A stretch of 64,000 nucleotides of DNA from Hyphomicrobiales bacterium (GTDB lineage Bacteria; Pseudomonadota; Alphaproteobacteria; Rhizobiales; Xanthobacteraceae), in NCBI GenBank assembly GCA_021732215.1, contig JAKFVL010000010.1, positions 10,547 through 74,546 on the forward strand, in the 5' to 3' direction. Each line of letters opens with the position of its first letter. The stretch's first letter is position 1. Of the stretch, positions 56,475 through 64,000 are shown one piece after another. Made by a program: the position numbers and the translations under genes. The notes under the pieces are model-generated. The model was not told the DNA's origin. It was given only the letters and a program-made list of their open reading frames with translations, and made no database searches.

Positions 56475-57478
56475 GCTTTGCCGGTGGCGGTTGCCATGCG
56501 CGCAGCGAGTTTCAGCGCAGCGATCAGACTTGCCGGATTGGCCTTTCCGGTGCCGGCGATATCGAACGCGGTGCCGTGATCCGGCGATGTGCGGATGAAC
56601 GGCAGGCCCAGAGTGACATTGACCGCGTCGTCGAAGGCGATGGTCTTGATCGGGATCAGCGCCTGGTCGTGATACATGCAGATCGCGCAATCGTAGGTCT
56701 TGCGCGCAGCTTCATGAAACATCGTATCTGCGGGCAGCGGACCGCGCACATCGATGCCCTCGGCGCGCAACGTCTCGACCGCAGGCGTCACGATGGCGCG
56801 GTCCTCGGTGCCGAGAGTGCCGTCTTCCCCCGCATGCGGATTGAGGCCGGAGATGACGATGCGCGGGCGTGCGAGGCCGAAGCGGTTTGTCAGGTCACGG
56901 ACGACGATGCGCGCGGTCGTTGCGATCAAATCGCCGGAGAGCTGCGCAATGGCGTCTCGCAACGGCAGATGGATCGTCACCGGCACGACCGCGAGCGAGG
57001 GCGACCACAGCATCATCACCGGATGCGGCTTGCCGGCGGGTGAAGCAGCCAGTTCGGCGAGAAACTCGGTATGGCCCGGATGGGCGAAGCCCGCCTTGTA
57101 GAGCACGGACTTGGCGATCGGGTTGGTCACAACCGCCGCGGCGCGGCCCGCGGTCACGTCAGCGACCGCATGGAGGATCGCAGCGATCGCGGACGGCGCG
57201 CTGGATGCGTCAGGCGCGCCCGGCACGGCCGTGGCGCGCTCGCCGCTCAATACGACCGGCAGCGCATCGGCGAACACCGCCGGTGCGTCCTCCGCTCGCC
57301 CCGCAGCCAGCGGGATTGACACGCCGAGATGTCTTGCGCGCGCCGCGACGAATGCATCGTCGCCGATCAGGTAGAACGGAGGCAGTTCGAGTTCGCGCCG
57401 CCGCAGCCATGCCGCGATCGCAATGTCCGCGCCGATACCCGCAGGCTCACCAATCGTCAGCGCAAGCGGCTTGTCCAT
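56471..57478 (-). CDS. pdxA: 4-hydroxythreonine-4-phosphate dehydrogenase
   Basis: [40 protein letters not shown]. Confidence 0.95.
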   Translation of the reverse strand: MDKPLALTIGEPAGIGADIAIAAWLRRRELELPPFYLIGDDAFVAARARHLGVSIPLAAGRAEDAPAVFADALPVVLSGERATAVPGAPDASSAPSAIAAILHAVADVTAGRAAAVVTNPIAKSVLYKAGFAHPGHTEFLAELAASPAGKPHPVMMLWSPSLAVVPVTIHLPLRDAIAQLSGDLIATTARIVVRDLTNRFGLARPRIVISGLNPHAGEDGTLGTEDRAIVTPAVETLRAEGIDVRGPLPADTMFHEAARKTYDCAICMYHDQALIPIKTIAFDDAVNVTLGLPFIRTSPDHGTAFDIAGTGKANPASLIAALKLAARMATATGKA

Positions 57479-57487
57479 CAGCCGGCG

Positions 57488-58429
57488 TCAGCGATATTCG
57501 ATCATCGCCGACTTGCGGACGTCGGAGAGATATTCTTTCGACTTCGCCTCGTACTTCTGCTGGAACAGCTTGTCGCGCGCCTCGCGCTTTTGCGGCGTAT
57601 CGACCGTCGTCGGCTTGCGGCTGCACAGCGCCACCATCTCGATGCCCTGCTTGGTAACCTCGGGCGGCGTCAGGCGGCCAACCGTGGTCTTGTCCAGAAT
57701 TTCCCGCAACGCGGGCGCCAGGTCGGCCGATGTCTTGACGATGTTCTCCTTGATCGCTCCGTCCCGCATCGAACGGAACAGCGTCGCGGCATCGTCGCAG
57801 CTCTGGACACGGCTGCGCAGCACCTCGGCTTCCTTGCGGCGCTGTTCGACGATCGCCGGGGTAGCGCCTCTGGGCATCACCAGCACGACAGGGCGCATCT
57901 GGTACTCGTAACTCGCGTCCTTGTCGTCCGTCTTGATCTCGACCGAGGATTCGACATCCTTTTCGCCAACCAGCAGGCTCTGCCGGAAGCGTCCGCGCAC
58001 CAGATTGCCCCAGACGAGCTCGGCCTTCATCCGGCTCTTGAGCGTATCGGGCCGAATGCCCTGCGCTTCGAGCGATTTAGCGAGCTGTTCAGGCGTCAGA
58101 CGCAGCCGCGAACTCATGCTGGCGAAGGCGCCATCGACCTCGGCGATACCGTATTCAATGCCGAAACGTTTGCCTTCCTTGACCTTGACCTTCTCGTCGA
58201 TCAATTCCTGGATCACCTCAGCACGCGAGGGCGTCCTGCGAGCGGTCAGCACGATCAGCTTCGATCGCTGCTCGATGTCGAAATTGGTGATCGGCTCGCC
58301 GTTGACGACAACCGCAACCGATTGAGCGAGGGCGGGCGCCGTGAGTCCCGCCGCAAAAATGACGGCCGCAGCCGCAGCGACAAAAGCGCAGTGGCGTACG
58401 ATCGAGATCGAAATCATTGCTGGTATCAT
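57488..58429 (-). CDS. surA: SurA-like periplasmic chaperone (SurA N-terminal domain type)
   Basis: Signal peptide, then VAVVVNGEPITNFDIEQR. Conserved position between lptD and pdxA. Confidence 0.8.
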   Translation of the reverse strand: MIPAMISISIVRHCAFVAAAAAVIFAAGLTAPALAQSVAVVVNGEPITNFDIEQRSKLIVLTARRTPSRAEVIQELIDEKVKVKEGKRFGIEYGIAEVDGAFASMSSRLRLTPEQLAKSLEAQGIRPDTLKSRMKAELVWGNLVRGRFRQSLLVGEKDVESSVEIKTDDKDASYEYQMRPVVLVMPRGATPAIVEQRRKEAEVLRSRVQSCDDAATLFRSMRDGAIKENIVKTSADLAPALREILDKTTVGRLTPPEVTKQGIEMVALCSRKPTTVDTPQKREARDKLFQQKYEAKSKEYLSDVRKSAMIEYR

Positions 58430-58559
58430 GGTTCCGTATCCCAGTATCCCGATAGCTCCATTCTCGCCGGATGGTGCCGGCCAGCCGCTCGATTGCAGGT
58501 CAGCCGGCTGGCTGCATGACCCGAACTGTCGCCGTCGATCTTGCCACGCATCGCAGGTG

Positions 58560-60998
58560 TCAGAAACTACTGCCAGTCGACTGCGTAACGGTTGATGCGC
58601 CGATGGTCCGCAAACCGATCTGTAACGTGACGCGATGGTCGGTCCTGATCGCAGTTCCGATATTATAGGCGTAATCCGTGATGTAGTTCACGCCCAACAC
58701 GAAGCAATCGTCCACGTAACCCGCGCCGATAATGTACTGATTGATTTTGTTGGTATTGAGATCGTAACGGAAGCCGCCTGCGAGCTGCAAGTTCGAGGTA
58801 AGTTTGAGCGAGGCGTTTGCGAGCACGCCTTCGCGCCGGTTAATGAACCCAAGCTCCGGCTGGCGATCGTAATTGCCGTAGATGGCGCTGACCGACCACC
58901 TGTCGAAACTGGCGGAGGCTTCTGCTTCGAAACGCCGGACGTCGCCGGTGCGTTCATCGAGGCGGGCGCGGGCCGTGAACGCCAGAGTGCGATTGGGACG
59001 GTACTGGAGGCGGGTGACGTAATCGGATCGTCCGGTCTCCAGACCCGAGTTGATGCCGATGTTCGTCAGGTCGCCCGCCGCGAAAGAGTTGCGGCCGAAT
59101 AGATCGTAGGATTGCCCGAACAGGAAGTTGATCGTACCGCCCTTGTCGAACTGTGTCGTGGCCTGCACGCCGACATTGGCGCGGCCGCCGCCTTCAACCC
59201 TGTCCCAGCCCGAGAATTTATTGACGCTGAACAGGTTGCTGTCGTCGAAGATAAGGCTTTGCGCGTCCTCGTTCGGCAGCCGTCCGGCATGGGTCTCGTT
59301 TGGACGGATGATGACCTGCGCGATCGGGGTCACCGTGGTCGTTCCCCACGGCTGCACATTGATGAACGGATAGCGATACTCAAGGCCGACCGTCGGCAGC
59401 AGCCGGCCGACCTGGGTGCTGCCCGACGGCAGGTAGTTCGCGGTGCCCGGATCGTTCCTGATCTCCGCATCGATCACGTCGGCGCGCAGCGATGCGAACG
59501 GCGTCCAGATCTGTCCGGCCGAATCCGTAAACGATCTTCGCCATGTCACTTCGCCCGAGAAGCGCGTGTAGGTGCCGGCCACGCCGCGCAGCAAACAGTT
59601 GGCTGGAATCTTCGCAGCCGGATCTGCGCTCGACGGCAGGCATGCGCCGGTTGCGAGAGCCGCGGGCGAGATCGCATCGAACGCGGCGGTACCGCGCGTC
59701 AAGCTCGTGAAGTTGGTCCGATAGCTCAGCTCGCCGCCAAAAATATTCCGATTGATGACGTTGGAATAGTCGATCACCGGATGAACGACCGGGATCTGGC
59801 TCTGAACATCGGAGGCCGAGTATCCGAGATAATGGATGATCCGCGCATCGAAGAAGCTGCGGTTGCCGAGCCCGGTCAGGTAGATCTGCGAGACACCCTC
59901 GGTCGGAACGACGAGAAATGCATTCAACTGGTTCCTGAAGACCGACAGACGGTAGTCGCGGAAAAACGCGGTATCACTGACCAGAACGCCTTCCCAGCCC
60001 CAAACCCATTTGTCGTTGATCGCAAGCTGGCCCTTGGTTTCGATACCGCCGCGCAGGTCGCGATCGCCGGGGGTGCCGGCGTATTCGTTTTTGTTGAGCT
60101 GGCTGATGCCGTAGGCGCGGATATTGTAGGATCCGTTGATCAGGCGCTGACGGAATTCGCCCTGTAACAGCACGCCCTGCGTTGTCATGAAGCGCGGCGT
60201 CAGCGTCAGGTCATAGTCGGGTGCGAGCGCCCAGAAGTAGGGCGTTTCCACGCCGATACCGTTGCGCGTGTTCGATGAGAATCGGGGCGCGAGGAAACCG
60301 CTTTTGCGTTTCACCGTCGGGTCCGGCGTTGCGAAGTACGGCAGATAGGCAAGGGGGATACCGAAAAATTCGAGGCGTGCATCCTCGAAGTACAGCATCT
60401 TCTCGCCCTGGTCGTGAATGATGCGGGCGCCCTTGACTTGCCACAGCGGCGGCTTCTTCGGGTTATCCCTGCAGGCTGCGCAGGCGGTGTAGACGCCGTT
60501 CTGGAATACGGTGAATTCGCCGTTGCTGCGATCCGCTCGGGTCGCCGCCATCCGCGTCTGATCCGCAGTGTCGACCTTGAGCGAGTCGACGAAGCCATCG
60601 CGGTAATCATCGCTGAGATCCAGGAAATTGGCGTAGGTGATCTTGCCCTCGGTATCGGTCAACCGAACGTTGCCCTCGGCCGCAAGACGTTTGGTTTTCT
60701 GATCGTAGATGACCTTGTCGGCTTCGAGCGTCTGGCCGTTATAGAAAATCTGGACGTTGCCGACCGCTGACACCCGCGAGTTGGTGTAGTCGTAATCAAG
60801 CTCGACAGCCTGCACGAGCATCTGGTTGTTTTTTTCGACCCGTTGCGGAGCGGGTCTCGGCGGGCGCGGATTGAAGGCGACGCCTGTCTGGGCGTCCGCC
60901 GATGTGGACGCAGCCATACCCAGAACCAATACCGCGCAGAGCAGCAGAGCGAGCGCCGGAAGGCGTGCAATCAGACGAACAAAGACACTGCCGCGCAC
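58560..60998 (-). CDS. lptD: LPS assembly outer-membrane protein LptD
   Basis: About 812 aa. N-terminal OstA domain (LEADKVIYDQKTKRLAAEGNVRL) and a large beta-barrel. GTG at 60998 chosen so the signal peptide (RLIARLPALALLLCAVLVLGMAAS) is N-terminal and there is no overlap with lptG; the start is uncertain. Confidence 0.9.
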   Translation of the reverse strand: MRGSVFVRLIARLPALALLLCAVLVLGMAASTSADAQTGVAFNPRPPRPAPQRVEKNNQMLVQAVELDYDYTNSRVSAVGNVQIFYNGQTLEADKVIYDQKTKRLAAEGNVRLTDTEGKITYANFLDLSDDYRDGFVDSLKVDTADQTRMAATRADRSNGEFTVFQNGVYTACAACRDNPKKPPLWQVKGARIIHDQGEKMLYFEDARLEFFGIPLAYLPYFATPDPTVKRKSGFLAPRFSSNTRNGIGVETPYFWALAPDYDLTLTPRFMTTQGVLLQGEFRQRLINGSYNIRAYGISQLNKNEYAGTPGDRDLRGGIETKGQLAINDKWVWGWEGVLVSDTAFFRDYRLSVFRNQLNAFLVVPTEGVSQIYLTGLGNRSFFDARIIHYLGYSASDVQSQIPVVHPVIDYSNVINRNIFGGELSYRTNFTSLTRGTAAFDAISPAALATGACLPSSADPAAKIPANCLLRGVAGTYTRFSGEVTWRRSFTDSAGQIWTPFASLRADVIDAEIRNDPGTANYLPSGSTQVGRLLPTVGLEYRYPFINVQPWGTTTVTPIAQVIIRPNETHAGRLPNEDAQSLIFDDSNLFSVNKFSGWDRVEGGGRANVGVQATTQFDKGGTINFLFGQSYDLFGRNSFAAGDLTNIGINSGLETGRSDYVTRLQYRPNRTLAFTARARLDERTGDVRRFEAEASASFDRWSVSAIYGNYDRQPELGFINRREGVLANASLKLTSNLQLAGGFRYDLNTNKINQYIIGAGYVDDCFVLGVNYITDYAYNIGTAIRTDHRVTLQIGLRTIGASTVTQSTGSSF

Positions 60999-61054
60999 AT
61001 CAATGCGCAGCCCGCGTTCGGGCAAACTTGTCCCTCGGGTGGCGACCACTGCCA

Positions 61055-62143
61055 CTACCCGTCCTCCTGGTACAACAAGGCCAAAAAACCGACGAGGCCG
61101 CCCACGCAAACGGGCAGCCAAGCAGCCGCAACTGGATGCATCAAATCGGCCTTGCTCAGATCCTCAGTAACTTTCGATAGAACATAGAGCAGAAAGCCTG
61201 CTCCCACGCCACTCAAAACCATCTTTTGCACGCCGCCGAACCGGAAGAACCGTAGACTTACCGCTGCAGCCAGCATCACCATGGCTGCGAGAAGAAATGG
61301 CCGTGAAATCAGCTTCTGATACTGCAGGCGATAACCTGCCGTGGCGAAGCCCGAGTTCTCCGAAGACCTGATGTATTCTGGTAGTTGCCAGAAAGACACA
61401 GTCTCCGGCGTGGAAACACTGTTTCGGACCTGAGCGGGTGTCAGGTTGGTCGCCAGGAAGACTGTATCCTGCAGTGTTGGCGGACTATCGAGGGTGTAGC
61501 GGCGAACCCCTCTGAGCTGCCAGCGGCCGGGTTCCAGGGAGGCATCGCGGGCCTCTATCCGCTCCTTGAACTGTCCGTTCGGTTCAAAGCGAAAAATCGT
61601 CAGGGCAGTCAGTCGCATACCCTGCGCCTGGCTGTTTCCCGCGTTGATGATGGCCTGGCCTTCCGCGGTGGCCTGATTGATCCAGAAACCGGCGGCGTCC
61701 TGGAGTCCCGCGCCGCCGCCGCTGAACATCTCCGCCTCCATCTGCTTGGAGCGCTCCTGCAAGCTGGCGGAGAGTGGATTGTAGAATGCGGTCGCGAGTG
61801 CGCCCAGCACCAGCGCACTGATCAGAGCCGGAGTGATGAACTGCCAGGCCGATACACCTGCAGCGCGCGCGACGACAAGTTCCAGTTTGCGCGACAGCGA
61901 CAGGTAGCAGGACATCGCGCCGATCAGGATGCAGAACGGCATCATCCTTTCCAGCAGCTGCGGCACCCGAAACAGCGAGGTCTGCGCCACCGTGATCGCC
62001 GACACGGAGGGAATGCTGGAGGTCCGCCGGAGCAGCTCGATATAGTCGACGAAAACAACCAGCAGGAAAATGCCGGCGAAGACGGCGATTGCCGCCGAGA
62101 TGAAGCGCAAGGCGAAATAGCGCGAGAGAGTGTTGGCAATCAT
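61055..62143 (-). CDS. lptG: LPS export ABC transporter permease LptG
   Basis: YjgP/YjgQ family. Start MIANTLSRYFALRF inside ORF 61055..62191. Second gene of the pair. Confidence 0.88.
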   Translation of the reverse strand: MIANTLSRYFALRFISAAIAVFAGIFLLVVFVDYIELLRRTSSIPSVSAITVAQTSLFRVPQLLERMMPFCILIGAMSCYLSLSRKLELVVARAAGVSAWQFITPALISALVLGALATAFYNPLSASLQERSKQMEAEMFSGGGAGLQDAAGFWINQATAEGQAIINAGNSQAQGMRLTALTIFRFEPNGQFKERIEARDASLEPGRWQLRGVRRYTLDSPPTLQDTVFLATNLTPAQVRNSVSTPETVSFWQLPEYIRSSENSGFATAGYRLQYQKLISRPFLLAAMVMLAAAVSLRFFRFGGVQKMVLSGVGAGFLLYVLSKVTEDLSKADLMHPVAAAWLPVCVGGLVGFLALLYQEDG

Positions 62144-62156
62144 GAGCCGACCTCCC

Positions 62157-63317
62157 TCACGCCGCAGCCGGCTGACGGGTGATGCGCGCAACCATGCGGT
62201 TGAAGCTGGCGATCAATATCGCCGGCGGCTCGATCTGAATGCAACGCAGGATCACCCAGAGGCTCAATCCCGATACGGCGAACAGCACGACGTACTGGAT
62301 CAGCGCTGCCCATTCCGAAGATGCCGACAGCACCGACAGCGCATAACCTGCGATGCGCAGCGACAGGACCGCGACGATGGCGCCGACCATTGAGAAAGTG
62401 CGGCTCTGGCGCGTGGTGCGCGGCGAGCCGAGAAATGCAAACGTCAGCAGGACGAACGCGAACGGATAGATCGGCGCCACCAGACGATCATGCATTTCGG
62501 CCTGGAAACGCGCAGGAATCTGCAGATATGCCTGGTCATCTGCGGGCGGCCAGATCAAGTCCCACAGGTATCGCTCGCGCAAATTGTAGTTCACGGTCTG
62601 CGTCTGGCCGACGAACTTCGACATGTCGAAAGCGTAGCGGGTGAATGCCACCAGCGCAGGATCGCGCTTGCCGGCCTCGAATCGCTGCAGGTTGCCGGAT
62701 TCGAGAATCAGGAATGTGCCCTTGTCGTTTTTCAGAACGGTGCCGCGATCGGCCACGATGCTGAGGCGCTCTTTTGGATCGCGGCGATCGTCGACGAAAA
62801 TTCCAGTCAGCAACCCGCCCGGCTGACGCTCGCGAATCCGGATGGTGAGATTCTGCTCGAGCTGGGTGAAGCGGCCGGGCTGCAGAATATTCGCCATGAC
62901 GTCGGCGGTGATTTCTGTGTCCCAGCGCTTCAACCGGCGCAATCCGTCGGGAGCGATGTAGAAGGCAAGGGTGCTGACGAACAGCGCGACCATGACGGTC
63001 GCGTAGAAGAAGGGCCGGAACAGACCCCATGGCGGAAGTCCGGCGGCGTTCATCACGATCACTTCGGAATCGGTGGAGAGCTTGTTGAGGGTGTAGGCCA
63101 CCGCAATCATCAGTGCGAGCGGTGCGATGATCAGCGCCAGCACCGGGATCGCAAGACCAGTGACGCCGATGAAGACCAGGATGGTCTGACCCTGGTTCGT
63201 CATGAGGTCGATGCCGCGCAGCGCCTGCGTGATCCAGATCACGCCGGTCAAGCTGACCAAAACCATCGCGAATGCGCCGAGCGTGGTCCGGAAAATATAC
63301 TTGTCGATCGACCCCAT
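62157..63317 (-). CDS. lptF: LPS export ABC transporter permease LptF
   Basis: YjgP/YjgQ family. Start MGSIDKYIFRTTLGAF inside ORF 62157..63362. Divergent from pepA as in E. coli. Confidence 0.88.
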   Translation of the reverse strand: MGSIDKYIFRTTLGAFAMVLVSLTGVIWITQALRGIDLMTNQGQTILVFIGVTGLAIPVLALIIAPLALMIAVAYTLNKLSTDSEVIVMNAAGLPPWGLFRPFFYATVMVALFVSTLAFYIAPDGLRRLKRWDTEITADVMANILQPGRFTQLEQNLTIRIRERQPGGLLTGIFVDDRRDPKERLSIVADRGTVLKNDKGTFLILESGNLQRFEAGKRDPALVAFTRYAFDMSKFVGQTQTVNYNLRERYLWDLIWPPADDQAYLQIPARFQAEMHDRLVAPIYPFAFVLLTFAFLGSPRTTRQSRTFSMVGAIVAVLSLRIAGYALSVLSASSEWAALIQYVVLFAVSGLSLWVILRCIQIEPPAILIASFNRMVARITRQPAAA

Positions 63318-63475
63318 CGATCCCTGGTGTCCTGTCCCCGCCGTGTTCTGTTTCCCGGACAACTGAAGGCCTCAAAAAGGCCCCCCAACAGCATCTGAAG
63401 GAATTACCCGGCTTTTGATCTTCTCACTACCATCCCTTTGATTGGTCAACAAAATGGCTTGGCTGTGACGGGTCT

Positions 63476-63489
63476 TTAACCATGGTTAA
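63476..63489. promoter_or_regulatory. perfect 14-bp palindrome TTAACCATGGTTAA (carries the CtrA-type 8-mer TTAACCAT on both strands)
   Basis: Located in the lptF/pepA divergent spacer. Seen directly in the sequence. Confidence 0.35.
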
Positions 63490-63674
63490 TATTCCGCTAA
63501 TCGTGTCTTTGCGGTCACGCCGAAGGCCGATTTTGGAGGCGGCTCGCGCCAAGGTGATGCGCGGGCGGCATCAGGTTCCGGCATGCGCGCTTGGCAGCAC
63601 GGATGCGGACACGCCATAGTGAAAAATCAAACCGTATCCCGCCCTCGAACCTATCGATTCTGGAGGATTTGCCC

Positions 63675-64000
63675 ATGTCCGACGCCGTACAGGTCGGCTT
63701 CGTTCCGTTTGCCGCCGCTCCGAAAGGCGTTCTGGTCGTTTTTACCGACGAATCGCTGAAGTTTGGCCCTGCGGTCCGGAAGATTCTGGGCTCCGCGGCG
63801 GAGACGGTCAAACGCGCCGCGGCGGCTGCGGCCTTCAAGGGAAAACATGCATCGTCGCTGGACCTCTTGGCGCCCGCGGGTCTCAAGCTCGACCGGCTTG
63901 TCGTGGTTGGTACCGGCAAGGCGGGAGCGATCAAGGAAGAAGACTACATCAAGCTCGGCGGCGCCACCGTCGGCAAACTGAAGTCGAACGCGGAAGCCGT
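63675..64000 (+). CDS. pepA: leucyl aminopeptidase, N-terminal part (continues beyond the window)
   Basis: Open frame from the ATG at 63675 (RBS GGAGGA at 63663-63668) to the window end. [17 protein letters not shown]...[11 protein letters not shown] is typical of the alphaproteobacterial PepA N-domain. Absent from the ORF track because no stop lies in the window. Confidence 0.8.
   Translation, partial: MSDAVQVGFVPFAAAPKGVLVVFTDESLKFGPAVRKILGSAAETVKRAAAAAAFKGKHASSLDLLAPAGLKLDRLVVVGTGKAGAIKEEDYIKLGGATVGKLKSNAEA

Noticed and set aside
60999-61121. The N-terminal extension of the lptD ORF (MAARLRGRPRRFFG...) overlaps the 3' end of lptG by 67 nt.
   Set aside because: The extension is Arg-rich and precedes the obvious signal peptide. 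A GTG at 60998 gives a normal N-terminal signal sequence without overlap. The exact start remains uncertain.
63476-63489. I considered whether TTAACCATGGTTAA is a full-length CtrA box (TTAA-N7-TTAAC).
   Set aside because: The spacing between the TTAA half-sites is 6 nt, not 7, so it is reported only as a palindrome carrying the 8-mer TTAACCAT, not as a canonical full CtrA site.

Overview
This is a high-GC chromosomal segment. Its gene content and its palindromic intergenic repeats look like an alphaproteobacterium of the Bradyrhizobium/Rhodopseudomonas/Nitrobacter group; that attribution is from memory, not from a search. About 73 protein-coding genes can be supported, and most are core housekeeping genes in conserved blocks: prfC; panB; der; purF-cvpA-radA; alr-dnaB; rpsF-rpsR-DUF2232-rplI; TetR-desaturase-fabD-fabG-acpP-fabF-mltG; yicC-gmk; lptF-lptG-lptD-surA-pdxA-rsmA; and divergent pepA. 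There is also a five-gene LIV-type ABC importer, a DUF47-PiT phosphate operon with a Pho box, and sugE. I found no rRNA, tRNA, CRISPR array, transposase, integrase or prophage genes. Most of the long ORFs in the six-frame track are antisense or out-of-frame shadows of real genes, as expected at this GC content. The observations most worth follow-up are listed here. (1) A translationally coupled three-gene nitrile-hydratase-like operon at 21537-22728 has a Co-type CTLCSC alpha subunit and a beta subunit split into two roughly 100-aa ORFs. This is the thiocyanate hydrolase / ToyJKL architecture. It is flanked by an orphan Bug/TctC binding protein and a 340-aa unknown. (2) Four tandem paralogs of a stand-alone roughly 206-aa PAS_5-like protein lie at 1954-4724. 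(3) A reverse-oriented Pho box sits just upstream of the DUF47-pit operon. (4) Several families of palindromic REP/MITE-like elements occur, some inserted inside operons. (5) There are candidate cis-regulatory structures: the cspA promoter and long leader, an rpsF leader hairpin that sequesters the Shine-Dalgarno sequence, a TetR operator palindrome, and a TTAACCAT palindrome between lptF and pepA. All functional calls come from motif and family recognition by eye. No database search was run.
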